Shown here one piece after another: positions 11,311 through 24,771 of a DNA stretch of 64,000 nucleotides. A program made the position numbers and the translations under genes. Source of the stretch: Leucoraja ocellata (Eukaryota); the NCBI GenBank assembly GCA_036785375.1, contig JAWMAR010000156.1:3224001-3288000 (forward strand), in the 5' to 3' direction. The notes beneath the pieces are model-generated. The model worked only from the letters and a program-made list of their open reading frames with translations, did not search any database and was not told the origin of the DNA. Each line of letters starts with the position of its first letter. Positions within the stretch are counted from its first letter, which is position 1.

Positions 11311-13602
11311 CGACCACAACACTTTTGTGATGAAGTTACTATATAATGCTGATGATGGAGTGCTAATCAAGTATGTTGTACCTTGGATGGCGTTGAGACA
11401 TTTGAAAAATTTTAGAGCTGCTATCATTGCAGACAATTGGAGATTTTTTTTGGAAGGTGGAAAGGCTTTGGCAGTGAAGCTAAGTAACTCCTCACCAGAT
11501 ACTTGGCTGCCTAACTAATCATTGCTCTTTTCCTGCTATAGATTTTCTAACCAGTTATTACAGATCCAATCTGGCATAAAATCCCTCCTTATACTTGGAC
11601 TTCTGACAATTTAAGAATTTCTTGAACCAGGTCAATAATTATCATTAGTTTTAATTTGGAGTTTTGATCAAATACCATCTTTGCATCTGTATGAATTGCA
11701 TTAGCAATCGTTCTTTCAGGAACTACATTTTATCAAAATGATGTCATATCACTCAATGTACTGCTACATGAGAAAGCAGATGGAATTCTACTGAGCAAGA
11801 GCTGATTGATTTACCTTTTATGGTATTGCTTCCCTTTAAATATTTTATAAATTGGACATTGGAAATCTCTTGATGTACATTGCCACTCAACCAAGTCTTG
11901 AAGCCGTAACCTTTACTAAAGATGCTCCAAACTCCAATAATAATTCCATAAAGCTTGACATTTTGGATTTATGTTTTTTCCCTACTTTGGCTTTAAGGCG
12001 TAGCTGATATACTCAAATATATTTTTTAATATATTTTTAAGTATCCTGCTGTATCTCTGGTAAATTAGTTTCTCAACAGATTTATATTTGTTTTTTTGAT
12101 ATACAATTGAAGATTCCAAAACTCAATTAAGTTCCTTTGTACTTCAATTAAACTTATCTTTTTTCAAGGTAAAAATGATCTACTTTTATTGCATTCTTAA
12201 TCTCACTCAATTAAACTGTCTACAATACAATCAGTGGAAAATTAAATAGTATTAATGTAGGGCAAAATCACAAAGCAATGTTTTTATTGGTATAGTACAA
12301 TCATACAAACCATGATAAATGTAATATAGAGCCATTGTAATTTGATGTTCATTTTGAATATATATATATATATATATAATATATTGCATTCCAGTTGGCT
12401 CTGGGCTATCCAGAGAGAGGGTTGAATACAGAAGTTGTTATAACAATGAGCAGTGGGATAAATAGCACAGGCATTTATGGAAGACTTGTAAACATATGAG
12501 AGGAAAAACTTGTGAATTACTCCTCAGAGAATGCTAATATTAAACCGTTTTTTGTTTTTTTTTTTGCCGCTATCACATTAAACATTCCAGCCTAGAAGAA
12601 TGTTCTGGGATGTCCATTATAGCAATCCTCACTCATGATCCCAGTATATAACAAATTCCAAAAGTTGAATAACTCTGGAATAGTTGAAGAATAATTTGAA
12701 GATGTTGCCCTGTAATTTGTGATGCAGCGGATGCAGAATGCTGCACTGCATGAAAATAAATATGTAGGTTAGAAACTTTTGAGAAGTTCATTCTTGTCAT
12801 TCAAATAAGAAGTCAAATTTCTGATATCATAAAATTGTAAAATGATTGATTCCCTTCGATGATAATATAGAGGATCCAGGCCAGTGATCATACAACATGT
12901 GAGCTTCCTCGCATCTTTGATCTAACGCCCCGATCAAGGAGTGTAGAAACAAAGAACTGCAGATGTAGGTTTACATAAAAAGACACAAAGTGCTGGAGTA
13001 ACTCAGCGGGTCTGGTAGCATCACTGGAGAAAGTGCATCGGTCTGATTGGGTATTTGATTCTGAACATGGAATGGGGAGTTGTTGGTAAAAATAGTTTGA
13101 GCAATAGAACTCTTTTTGGGCATTAATTTACTTTTTCTCATTTTATGTTTTTACTAACCATGTTTGCAATTTGTACACAAAAAATATATGAATATACTAT
13201 GATGCATTGTTCCAGAAAGCAAAGGGTTTGTAAAACCTGTTATGCTGCAAGCACTACATTTTTTTCCCTGATATACTCAATTTTGTTTTGTAACTATGAT
13301 TAACTAAACATTTGCAGTGGAAATTATTCAAATGCAGGTAGTGTGTGTGTGTGTATGTATTAAAAAAATGAACAATTGCAAGAGCAACTGAGTGGTTATG
13401 AAATTAATTGAGAAGGCAGAAAAATGGTATGCATCCTAGCTCAGCCGTAAATATTTGAATTGTCTTTTTTGGAACCAGATATTTTGATTACGTAATATCT
13501 TTTTACATAATGTTAATTAAAATTATGTTATGTGCAAACATCTAAAAGCTGGTATTTTTTATAAAAGCAATTGATATTTCCATTGAACATGTACATTTAC
13601 AG

Positions 13603-13787
13603 ATTGGCTTCTCGGCTGCTGATGAAGTGACTGGACTGAAGTTGATTGAAATGGGAGTGCCTAAAGAGCAGTTGGCTATACTTGCAGTGCCCATGGTTCC
13701 TCTGCAGATTTTACTACCCATCGCAATAAGCAAATATACAGCTGGCCATAAACCGCTGAATGTTTTTTATTGGGCAATGCCATTCAG
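13603..13787 (+). CDS. SLC33A1: SLC33A1 coding exon 3
   Basis: tacag|, encoding IGFSAADEVTGLKLIEMGVPKEQLA...WAMPF(R), then |gtaatg. 185 nt. Confidence 0.95.
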
Positions 13788-14521
13788 GTAATGTTTATCT
13801 TTTTCCTAACTAAATTGTGTGAGGGTGGAGGTGGCTGTATAAACAATACTTAATTAATGGATATCATGCAAGGTATCTCCAAAATGTAAGTTCCAGTGAC
13901 CTCTTTGTTCCAATTCTTTGACCACTATTCCATTATAAATGTTTATATCTACTTTTCAATCAAAATACTGGCATAAATTTGGCACCTTATCAAGTCACCC
14001 CCAGATCGTTCCTTCAAATGTCCCTTCTTCTACCTGAATTTGGCTTTCCTACTTAAAAATGCTTTGTGCCAAATATTTTTTTGAAGGATTGAAACATAAT
14101 CCTGGGATGTAATTAATTAGTATGTGTAGGAAGGAACTGCTGATGCTGGTTTACACCAAAGATAGACATAAGATGCTGGAGTAATTTAGCGGGACAGGCT
14201 GCATCTCTGGAGAGAAGGAATGGGTGATGTTTTAGGTCGAGAACCTGGTATCATCTTCCATGGGTAATACTAAACATCATAAAGCACTTCTTAAATTCAA
14301 TATCATTAACTTCAATGGAACCTAATTTCATGATCTTCTCAAAGTTTATGACTGTCTACCTGATTTATAATTTATTTTTGCATTGTAACAAGTATGTTAG
14401 TCGGTGACTATTATCTGAAATAAGACAATACTAATATGATTTTAAGATCAGTTATATTTGGTGGTCATCAAACTTAATTGTGTATTTGTTGGTTTTAAAC
14501 GTAATTGTGTCTCTGTTACAG

Positions 14522-14639
14522 ATTAACCATGGGCATAATATTTGCTTTATTAGTTTTTTGGACTCCAATGGTAAAACAGGGCACAGAGTTTCCTACGTAT
14601 TATTATGGAGCGCTGTTGTTCAGTTATGCCTTGCATCAG
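14522..14639 (+). CDS. SLC33A1: SLC33A1 coding exon 4
   Basis: tacag|, encoding LTMGIIFALLVFWTP...YALHQ, then |gtgagt. 118 nt. Confidence 0.95.
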
Positions 14640-15170
14640 GTGAGTGAATGCATTGCAAAAGTTTAATGTAGTACATTAACATTTGTAGTATTTTAAGGCT
14701 TTTTTTTTTAAAAGCTATTGAATTCTAAAGGAACAGAACTAAAATGTATAAATTCATGCTTCTGAACAAACTATATAATACACAGGAAATCTGAGTTGCC
14801 AACCTTGAGCCATCGCTTTCCTTTCTCTTTAATTTTGAGATGGTTGCTAACATCCAGATTTTTTTTCTTTAAAATAAATTGAACTGAGTTCTAAAGTAAG
14901 GAATGAAGTTTGTTTCCTGTTACACTCATAATATTAAGACTTATCAATGTCCAAAGTAACTTTTAAATAGTTCTGCATAATAAAAAGACCGTACCACAAT
15001 TCATCAATCATGTTCTATGTAATTCGCTTTTTGTAATTCGAAATGCACGTTGTAGCAGAACTGTCAGTAAGTTTTTTTGTTTGTTAAAATGTTAAAAGAC
15101 CATTTGTTTGAAATTGCATTGCCTTCAATATTGATCAACTATATCATTCTTAAATATTCTCCCCTTTCAG

Positions 15171-15386
15171 GTGGCTGTTTATAGCATGTATGTAGCTGTT
15201 ATGGCATTTAATGCTAAAATTAGTGATCCTTCGATTGGAGGAACATACATGACTTTATTGAATACCATCTCTAACCTTGCTGGAAACTGGCCAGCTACAT
15301 TAGCTCTTTGGTTGGTGGATCCACTCACTGTCAAGAAGTGCATAGGTGCACCTGAACAAAGCTGTAGATCGGCAATAGATTCTGAG
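15171..15386 (+). CDS. SLC33A1: SLC33A1 coding exon 5
   Basis: tttcag|, encoding VAVYSMYVAVMAFNAKISDPSIGGTYMTLLNT...DSE, then |gtgagt. 216 nt. Confidence 0.96.
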
Positions 15387-15536
15387 GTGAGTTTTCATTT
15401 ACTAGAGGTGTGGATGTGTGATCTGTGGGATTGTAGGGGTGGAGTGCTTTTCGTGCTTGATCACAACAAATCAGATCTCTGTTGGATTTAAATTGAAACA
15501 TTCATTTTCCATCTTCTTTCTTTTGTTCCCATACAG

Positions 15537-15704
15537 CTTTGTGTTAAATCTGGTGGTTCTTGTTCAACTGTAATGGATGGCTACTATGTAGAATCTGCGT
15601 TCTGCATTCTTTTTGGGTTCGCCTGGTGGCTCTGCAATGGAAAGAAATTCCGAAATCTGCAGGATGAACATCCATCCACGTGGCAGTGCAAGAGGAATAA
15701 ATGA
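15537..15704 (+). CDS. SLC33A1: SLC33A1 last coding exon
   Basis: atacag|, encoding LCVKSGGSCSTVMDGYYVES...WQCKRNK* (TGA 15702-15704). Joined CDS is 1626 nt, 541 aa. Confidence 0.95.
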   Translation, partial: LCVKSGGSCSTVMDGYYVESAFCILFGFAWWLCNGKKFRNLQDEHPSTWQCKRNK

Positions 15705-16387
15705 GGTCTTAGTGATGGGAACATTGGAGTTTTATGAAATTTAGACCTCATGACCAATATTCATGGAAACAAGGAGAAAAAAGAGTATTTTATCCATTTT
15801 ATAAAGTTTATTTTGAATAGTTAAGTCTATGCTACAACTGGTGATGGTATGCATTGAATTAATTTTAATGATGCATTTGTTTTTGTTTTCTTTGGTTACA
15901 GTACCTACCTATGGTGCAAAATTCACTTCATAGATAGCTATCAGGTTACATTGTTTCAGATGCCATACAAGACACATTTTAAAAGTTGGTCCAAACTGAA
16001 TTTGTATTTTTGTGAGAGAAACTGGGTGATTGACTATGCAAGCTCACTGTCCCTCCACTGCAAGCACAAATTATTTAACGGATTCATAAGGCAATTGTTT
16101 AAGAGCACAGTTGGTTAAGTAAATCCAATAATCATACTACCTCTCTAAATCGAGGTCAAATTTTGAATTGAAAATTCATATGAACATTTTTGGGTCAATT
16201 TACATGAAAGATACTATTGTGCTAACTATTTTCCCTGCACACAATATTGCAGTTATATATCATTGAAACTCTTTTACACAATTGGACCGTAACATGATAG
16301 AGGAAGGAGTCTACAAAGAATCATCCTCGACAAAAAATACCCAACCTCGTACCATGTACCATAAATGTTTGTATCTTCCCACATGGA

Positions 16388-17496
16388 AATAAAAGCAATT
16401 TACCACATTAATGTAATCCCACACCTATTTCAACTAGTTAGAATTTTATAATACAAAATAACTTGGGACAAACTTTAATGAAATCGGAGCGGCAGAACAG
16501 GAAGAGAAAGTATCCAACACTCAGTGGGTCATGCAGCATCAGTGAAAAGAGTTACAGATCCTTTGTATGACAAATGTCCAAAAAACAGAATAGCTTGTAA
16601 ATTGTACATTAAATTGATTCCATTCAAAAAGTCGACATCTATCTATTGTCCGTCTAGTTATTTTAATTTCCATAATGCCTTTTTCAATATCAAAATTGTC
16701 GAATGAAAACAAGATTCCAACAGTGAAATGCTCTTATTCTTTTAACTAAAGGAACTGCGTTATCATATGGTAATCAATTCAATCCAATGTTTGTGATTCA
16801 ACTATCTGTCCAGGCTTTGAGCACATTAATCTAGTGGGTCACCATGGAGATATGATCTTTCAAATGAGGTGTTAAATCAAGAACCATATCTTTTTTTTTC
16901 GGTGGTTGTGAAATATATCATGGAATCATTTGAAGTAGAGTTTGAAGTTGTCGTGAAGTTCTCAACAACTTTCATCTTTCATCAAAAGCTCCAGCAAAAG
17001 ATAAAGTGTTCATTCAACTCATTGGCTGTTTATGGAAGAATACAACGTTAGAATTAGCTACTTTATCTGGTAACATAACAGTGAGAAAATAATTAATTGG
17101 ATGTGGACTGTTTTATGGCATTCTGATGTAATGAAATGTGAAAAAAAAATCCAAGTTATATCTGAGGAAACAATATGCAAGCATAGCAGCAGAAGCATTT
17201 GATCATCAGTTTCAGAAGAACATTATAGTGACAAAAACCTACTTGAATTTAAACAAACTTTGAATAATTTATGCTGATTGCCACATTGTGATTTGCTTTA
17301 TTTAAATCATAAAAACAAATCTTAAAACATCTTGAATTATTCTATTCATTAATCTATTCAATTTGTTCTTGTTATTACCACGGAGATTCATGTTTTTTAA
17401 TTTTTGTACTACCACTTGGACTCTTCAGACTTGCTGGTAGCTTTTCCCTGTCGCAAAACTGTTTATTGCTTTAGGAGAATTACAGTGTTAAATAAA
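16388..17496 (+). terminator. Candidate SLC33A1 polyadenylation signals (AATAAA at 16388 and 17491)
   Basis: Hexamers in repeat-poor AT-rich sequence 3' of the stop. Which one is used cannot be told from sequence. Confidence 0.35.
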
Positions 17497-18714
17497 ATAG
17501 ATCTGTAATTAATATCCAACATAGCTCCAGGTGGTATTTTGCTTTCCACAAACCTACTCAATTCTTTATGGGGTGAAAAAAACTTTCCTTTTGTTATTGA
17601 TCTCCATTTCTGTCAGTGACATTTCTAATCCAGAAGTCTCTCCAAAATTGTGGTACCGATCTCGACCTCATCGGGACTCCTGCGGTCAATCGGCAGGTCA
17701 ATTTGCCCCCTACGGCCGGAGCTCTGGAACTCTGGCCCTGAAGGAGCTGGCAGATCCGTTCCCAATAGACGGTTATGCAGGCCGGCATCTTGGCTGACTG
17801 TCCCTGTACCCGTTCAACTCTGAGGCTGCAATCTCTGAACCAACAAAACAGATAATCCAGCAAGGCTATGGAACCAAGGGTGCCGTGCAAATCAGTGGAC
17901 CTTTACTCAATTTACTGGGATGCATTGATGCATTTTGAATTCTCAACAATTTAAATATTTTTCTTTTGCATGTTTATGATTGATTTTGAAAGCTAGTTAA
18001 CAAAGAGGTAACTCACAACCAATTGTAGGCAATTGCTAGAAACTTTCAAAATTAATTTGATATACTTTAAAGACAATTATGCATGAAAGCAGTGAGGTCA
18101 CGTGTACAGAGGTACAGTTAAAAACTTTTTGCGTGTCAGCAGAAAGACAATACATTACAGTCGATCCATTTACAGTGTATGGATACATGATAAGGGAATA
18201 ACGTTTAGTGCAAGGTAAAGGCAACAAAGCCCGATCAAGGATAATCCGTGGGTCATCAAAGAGATAGATGATTGTGACTGTGTCCACTTCTATAACTTTC
18301 TATGGCAATTGTATCATATACAGACTACCCTCTGCGAGGAAATGTTGCCCCTGAGGTTCCTCTTAAATCATTCTTAGGGGGGTGGGGGGGGGAGAGACTG
18401 TATCTCTATAAGATCACTCTTTGGCCTCCTACACTTCAAATAAAAAAATGTCATAGCCTATTCAATTTCTCCACCTGGCCAACATCCTGGTGCAGCTCTT
18501 CTGCATTCTTTCCAACTTAATGAAAATAACTTTTTGAAAGATTTTACCATTGGCATGGAGAGACTTTCTTTTGAAAATATGGGAGTCAGATTATATTTAG
18601 TGTGTTCAGTAGCTAAATATTTTCTGCTGTATTCAGCAATTAATTTACTGGCATCTTGTTCTTCATGGTGACGTTTCAAGTCAGGACCCTGGATGGTAGA
18701 TCCACGTGTGTCGG

Positions 18715-19978
18715 AAGTTAGTCAAATGGATAGTTTTCCAGATAGTGAAGATGGTTGTGAAAAATTGCAGCAGGATCTTGATCGATTGGCCAGGTGGACT
18801 GAGAAATGGTTGATGGAATGATGGCTGATAGAGAAATGCAAGGTGTTGTATTTTGGGAAGTCTAACATGGGCAGTACCGACACAATGAATGGTAGGGCTT
18901 TAGGGAGGGTTGCAGAGCAGAGTGATCTTGAAGTGCAGGTGCATGGTTCCTTGAAGGTGGAGTTGCAGGTAGATAAATAAGTTTATTGGCCAAGTATTCA
19001 CATACAAGGAATTTGCCTTGATGCTCCGGCCACAAGTAACAACATGACATACAGTGACAGTTACGAATGACTCAGAAAACACTATAAACATTAATAATAA
19101 TAATAAAACATTAATGATAAAACACCATTGATCAAGCATGTGAACCAACAAAATACCAGGGAGGCTACAGATTTTGGCTGTTAAGTAGAACAACTACTCA
19201 TGGATAAAAACTGTTTTTATGTCTGGCTGTGGCAGCTATGACATATCCGGGGTCGCCTTCCAGAGGGAAGTGATTCAAAGAGCTTGCGGCCATGGTGAGA
19301 GGGGTCAGAGATGATCTTGCCCGCTCCATTCCTGGCCCTTGCAGGGTACAGTTCATCAATGGAGGGAAGGTTGCAGCCAATAACCTTCTCTGCTGATCGG
19401 AAGATTCGCTGCAGCCTCCAGGTGTCGTGCTTGGTGGCCGAGCCAAACCAGACCATGATGGAGAAGGTGAGAACAGACTCTACGATGGCCGGTCTAGGTG
19501 CTGTAGAATGAAGTGCAGGCCCAGGTTGACTGCATCATCCACAGATCTATTGGCCTGATATGCAAACCATTTTTGACCATAGTGATTTTGACCAGGACTA
19601 GACTGAGCTATAGGGAGAGGTTGAGTAGGCTGGGACTCTATTCCTTGGAGCGCAGGAGAATGAGGGGTGATTATAAAATGAAATGAGGTATGAAATCATG
19701 AAAGGAATAGATCGGGTAGATGCAGTCTCTTGCCCAGAGTAGGTGAATCAAGAACCAGAGGACATAGATTTAAGGTAAAGGGAAAAAGATTTAATAGGAA
19801 TCTGAGGGGTAACTTTTTCACATATAGGAGGTAGTTGGTGCAGAGACTATCCCGTTTAAGAAACACAGTGTTTAGAGGGATATGGACCAAATGCACGCAG
19901 GTGGTACTCGTGCATTTGGGGTATGTTGGTAGGTGTGGACAAGTTGGACCAAAGGGGCTTCTTCCACACTGTGCCACG
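18715..19978 (+). mobile_element. CR1 fragment interrupted by an antisense Rex1-like 3' fragment (~18976-19490)
   Basis: CR1-like LQQDLDRL/KCKVLYFG before the insert and CR1 3' region after it. The insert encodes the minus-strand WFGSATK..LQRI..SAEKVIG..LPSI. Confidence 0.7.
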
Positions 19979-20099
19979 TTGTCTTTATGACGGTTATTTA
20001 TAGTGGGAACCAAAGATCATAGAGCGGAGAAATGAAAACTTGTTACTCATTTTTCGACTGCAAAGCAGAGCTAACAAATTAGCTTGGCTCTATGAGGTT

Positions 20100-20620
20100 T
20101 GGTGGGATCTTTGGTGGAAACTAAGCTTCCCCCGTTGCCCCAACCTTGTGATGACGTGTTGAGGATGACCAATCAGCGAGAGTCCTGGTCGGGAGCGCGC
20201 CGCTGCCCTTGTAACGCGGTGCACGTGGTCGGGAGCGAGCGCGAGCGCGCGCGCTGGGGGGCGGGGGCAGTCAGGAGCAAAGATTATAGGTCAAGAGCGA
20301 GCGCGCGCGCTGGGGGGGGGGGGGCGGGGGCAGTCGGGAGCGAGCGCGAGCGCGCGCCTTGGTGGTTGTCCATCGCTTCCCGCCCGCGGTGGAGGCAACA
20401 TGTCTGACAGCGGCTCCAACTCCCTCGGCGCCTCTCTGGGTAGCGCCGTGCAGTTTGTGGACGGGCACCTTCAAGCCGTGCGGGTACGAAGGGGGGGGGG
20501 GGGGGGGGGGGGAACTCTTCACGTTCCTGCAGAGGTCGAGCTGCTGTAAAATGGCGGCACTGTGAGGGGAGGAGTTATTTTGCACAAAAAGTGCCGGAGG
20601 AACTCAGCGGGTCGGGCATA
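20100..20620 (+). promoter_or_regulatory. CpG-island promoter of C3orf33
   Basis: CpG-dense block overlapping exon 1, with TGACGT at 20152, CCAAT at 20169, CACGTG at 20222, GC boxes, and YY1-like AAAATGGCGGC at 20548. Confidence 0.8.
20400..20483 (+). CDS. C3orf33: C3orf33 orthologue exon 1
   Basis: aacATG start, encoding MSDSGSNSLGASLGSAVQFVDGHLQAVR, then |gtacga. It resembles the human ...WADDHLRLVR as I recall it. Confidence 0.8.
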
Positions 20621-21448
20621 TATCCTCCTTTCCTCGGGAATAATTTTCCAAAAATGGGGATTAAGTGTATTAAATTGCCTCACAGCAAAGTGAAAGGCAG
20701 TACTCCAAGTTTATAAAACATTTTTTAAACATGGACATTATGATTATAGAAGTTTCCACGTTGCTTTCTTTCATTTATAGGTTGAAGGCGTCAATGGCAG
20801 GAGAATGGGGTTGAGAGGGAAAATAGATCAGCCATGATGGAATAGCAGAACAGATGGGCTGAATGGCCTAAGTCTGTTCCTGCGTCTTGTGGTCTTATAC
20901 AGACTGGGTACCAAAGATTATAGCTCCTCTAGTATCTTTGCTGGGTACTATGTAGTCAAATGGGATATATGGCGCCTGCACTGGTTTGATGCAACAACAG
21001 GTGACATTTCGGCTCGGGACCCTTCTTCAGTCTAATGGAGTTGGGGTTTGGAAAACTGATAAAGAAAGTTGGGGATGGGACAAAGCCCAGCAAGTTGTTT
21101 TGTTTTCTATTCTCATGTGTACTGAGATACAGTGAAAAGCTTTTGTTTGCTTGCTATCCATTCAGGAAAAAGTCTATACATGAATACAATCAATTAAGCT
21201 GTCCACGGTGCAACGATAAACAATAAAGGGTCCAGTACTTAGAAAAGACATAACATTGAAGTCCAATAAAGTACAATTAAGGAAAGTTCAAAGGTCTCCA
21301 GTGAGGTAGATGGGAGGTAAGGACTGATGATGAGAGGACTGTTCAGTTGCTTGATAACAGCTGGAAGAGAAATTGTTCCTGGATCTGGAGAAATGCATTT
21401 TCAAACTTCAGTATCAGCAGCCTGATGGGAGAAGAGGGATTGACCATA

Positions 21449-21805
21449 AAAACATAGAAAATAGGTGCAGGAGTAGGCTATTCAGGCCTTCGAGGCAGCA
21501 CCGCCATTCAATATGATCATGGCTGATCATCCAAAATCAGTACCCTGTTCCTGCTTTCTCCCATTATCCCTTGATCCTGTTAGTCCTCAGAGCCATCTCT
21601 TGAAAACATCCAGTGAATTGGCTTCCACTGCCTTCTGTGGCAGATAATTCCAAGGATTCACAACTTTCTGGGTGAAAACTTCTTTCCTCATCTCAGTCCT
21701 AAATGGCCTACCTTTTATTCTAAAACTGTGACCCCTGGTTCTGGTCTCCCCCACCATCGGGAACATTTTTCCTTCATCTAGCCTGTCAAATCCCTTAAGA
21801 TCTTA
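21449..21805 (-). mobile_element. CR1 LINE 3' end
   Basis: Begins with the (catagaaa) tail and matches the other CR1 3' copies in the window (28663, 37686, 56178). Confidence 0.8.
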
Positions 21806-21946
21806 TTGAGGTGAGGGATGGGGTGTGATTGGCAGATTTGTGGAGCAAGTGATGAAGGCTATATTGTAATTTGTGGTGGTGTTTAGCAGAAGGTCAGCAT
21901 TAGTGGATCTTTTCTCATCATCTGGTTTTTCCGCTTGTACTTTTAG

Positions 21947-22006
21947 ACCATCACCACAGGCCTGGTAGTGATTGGAATCGTGATGTTGGGCAGAAGCGTC
22001 AGACTA
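21947..22006 (+). CDS. C3orf33: C3orf33 exon 2 (hydrophobic, TM-like segment)
   Basis: ttttag|, encoding TITTGLVVIGIVMLGRSVRL, then |gtaagt. 60 nt. Confidence 0.88.
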
Positions 22007-22397
22007 GTAAGTGGTCCTGGAATTTCATGTTTCAACCAAAGTTAGTGAGAAACCACCTGTTTGTCTGTGTCACTAACATACCCGGCATTAGAATGTCGTT
22101 AGAATCATACAGTATGCTTTCAGAAAAACTTGCCCATGCTGACCAAACCGTCTCATCTACACTGGTCCCAGTTGCCTGCATTTGGTCTATATCCCTCTAA
22201 ACCTTTCTTATCCATGTGCCAGTGCAAATGACTTTTAAATGTTGTTATAGTACCAATTTGACATGGACTTCTCAAGAGTATTTTGTTATGCACTGACACC
22301 AAAACAATCAGATATTTGTATAAATCAACGGGACAGGCAACATCTCTGGAGAAAAAGAACAGGTGACGTTTCAGGTCGAGACTCTTCTGAAGAAAGG

Positions 22398-22561
22398 AGT
22401 GTGTTTTGAATTGAATTCTGTCTTTAATTTGTGTACTAGTCATGTCTCTACTATTTATTTCATTCCGCTTACATGTTTTTCCTCTACTTGCTAAATTTTT
22501 GTAAGGTGTCCTTGAGACTCTTGAAAGGCGCCCATAAATAAAATTTATTATTATTATTATT
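22398..22561 (+). repeat. L2-type LINE/SINE 3' tail
   Basis: gtaaggtgtccttgag...aaaggcgcccataaataaa followed by (att)n. Confidence 0.55.
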
Positions 22562-22616
22562 TCTTAATTTATGGCAATCAAACTTTCATTGTTTTAATCT
22601 GGCAAGCATGTACTGA

Positions 22617-23410
22617 CAGTGCCCTCCATTTTGGGACTAAGATCCATCATTTATTTATTTGCCTCTGTACTCCACAATTTGAGATTTGTAATAGAAAAAA
22701 TCACACGTGGTTAAAGTGCACATTGTCAGATTTTATTAAAGGGTACCTTTACACATTTTGGTTTCACCATGTAGAAATTACTATGTTTATCCAAAGTCCC
22801 CCCATTTCAGGGCACCATAATGTTTGGGACACATAGCTTCACAGGTGTTTGTAACTGCTCAGGTGTATTTAATTGCCTCTTTAATGCAGGTAAAAGAGAG
22901 CTCTCAGCACCTAGTCTTTCCATCACCTTTGGACATTTTTATTGCTGTTTATCAACATGAGGACCAAAGTTGAGTCAAAGAAGTCATTATGAGACTGAGA
23001 AACAAGAATAAAACTGTTAGAAACATCAGCCAAACCTTAGGCTTACCAAAATCGACTGTTTGGAACATCATTAAGAAGAAAGAGAGCACTGGTGAGCTTA
23101 TTTATCGCAAAGGGACTGGCAGGCTAAGGAAGACCACAACTGATATCAGAAGAATTGTCTCTATAATAAAGCAAAATCCCCAAACACCTGTCCAACAGAT
23201 CAGAAACACTCTTCAGGAGTCGGGTGTTGATTTGTCAATGACCAATGTCCGCAAAAGACTTTATGAACAGAAATAGACTGTTTTAATGTTCTTTTTACAA
23301 ACCATGTTCTCGGGGTATCTAAATCTAAATGGTATTAGTTATTTAAGTTATGACATCGGATGGAAGCTGCATACCAAATCTCGTTGCACATGTGCAATGA
23401 CAATAAAATA

Positions 23411-23446
<36 letters not shown>

Positions 23447-24410
23447 CAGAGGCTACACTGCAAGATGCAAACCATTGGTTAGCTGCAAAAATAGATGGCC
23501 AGGTTACAGTTTGCCAAGAAGTACTTAAAAGAGCATCCATAGTTCTGGAAGGAGGTCTTGTGGACAGATGAGATGAAGATTAACTTATATCAGAGTGATG
23601 GCAAGAGCAAAGTATGGAGGAGAAAAGGAACTGTCCAAGATCCAAAGCATACCACCTCATCTGTGAAACACAGTGGTAGGGGTGTTATGGCCTGGACATG
23701 TATGGCTGCTGAAGGTACTGGCTCACTTATCTTCATAGATGATCCAACTGCTGATGGTAGTAGCATCATGAATTCTGAAGTGTTTAGACACATCCTATCT
23801 GTTCAAGTTCAAACAAATGTCTCAAAACCCATTGGCCGGTGGTTCATTCTACAGCAAGGTAATGATCCAAAACATACTGCTAAAGCAACAAAGGCGTTTT
23901 TCAAAGCTTAAAAAATGGTCAATTCTTGAGTGGCCAAGTCAATCACCCAATCTGAACCCAATTGAGCATGCCTTTTATGTGCTGAAGAGAAAACTGAAGG
24001 GTACTAGCCCCCAAAACAAACATAAGCTAAAGATGGCTGCAATACAGGCCTGGCAGAGTATCACCAGAGAAGACACCCAGCAACTGGTGATGTCCATGAA
24101 TGGCAGACTTCAAGCAGTCATTGCATGCAAAGGATATCCAATAAAATACTAAACATGACTAGTTTCATTTACATTACATTGCTGTGTTCCAAACATTATG
24201 GTGCCCTGAAATGGGGGGACTATGTATAAACACAGCTGTGATTTCTACATGGTGAAACCAAAATGTATAAAAATGGCCTTTAATAAAATCTGACAATGTG
24301 CACTTTAACCACATGTGATTTTTTTTTTCTACTACAAATCTCAAATTGTGGAGTAAAGAGGCAAATACATAAATGATGGGTCTTTGTCCCAAACATTAAG
24401 GAGGGCACTG
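22617..24410 (+). mobile_element. Tc1-family (DD34E) transposon of IR/DR type, inactivated
   Basis: Ends CAGTGCCCTCC / GGAGGGCACTG+TA, with ~220-bp TIRs. Transposase pieces: an HTH region (ISQTLGLPKSTVWNII), WTDE, QQ(G)NDPKH and NPIEH, with 34-residue spacing. Frameshifts present. Confidence 0.93.
23275..23444 (+). repeat. LINE 3' tail with (ATT)n, nested in the Tc1 transposase
   Basis: Interrupts the codons GAA CAG AAA|TAC AGA GGC and ends in gcaatgacaataaa+(att)n. Confidence 0.75.
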
Positions 24411-24617
24411 TATTTTCCACACAGTTGCACACATTACTATTGTCAGATAACATGCTGGGCGATCTGGTGCATTTACAAAACTACCTTTGTTTATAACTCG
24501 CACTCACTACATAATGTATGAAAAGTTGATGCTCTATAATTTTATACAGTAGCCACTTGAATATAAAATAAAACAATCTGATGAATAATGAAAGTTCATT
24601 TTCCTTCATCTTAATAG

Positions 24618-24771
24618 ATGACTAAATTTACAAGTGTCTTGGAGATCCCTAATAATTTTATTGATAAAAGTATTAAGCTTCGAGGGAGAATACATCAAGT
24701 AACAGAAAATGGACTCGAAATTGAACATATTCCTATTTACCTTCCTTTTATTTCATCTCTGCAAAGAAAAT
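24618..24771 (+). CDS. C3orf33: C3orf33 exon 3
   Basis: aatag|, encoding MTKFTSVLEIPNNFIDKSIKLRGRIHQVTENGLEIEHIPIYLPF..., then |gtgagt. 154 nt, phase 1. Confidence 0.92.

Noticed and set aside
17590-17890. GC-richer patch with ORFs on both strands downstream of SLC33A1
   Set aside because: No motif, termini or TSD could be identified, so no call can be supported.
20491-20512. Long G/C homopolymers (also ~8083, ~53887, ~57506, ~61246) as functional G-quadruplexes
   Set aside because: Run lengths are unreliable in assemblies and several sit within repeats. There is no independent support.
20099-20585. ORF-track entries across the CpG island
   Set aside because: Artefacts of high GC content. 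The real exon is 20400-20483, in a different frame.
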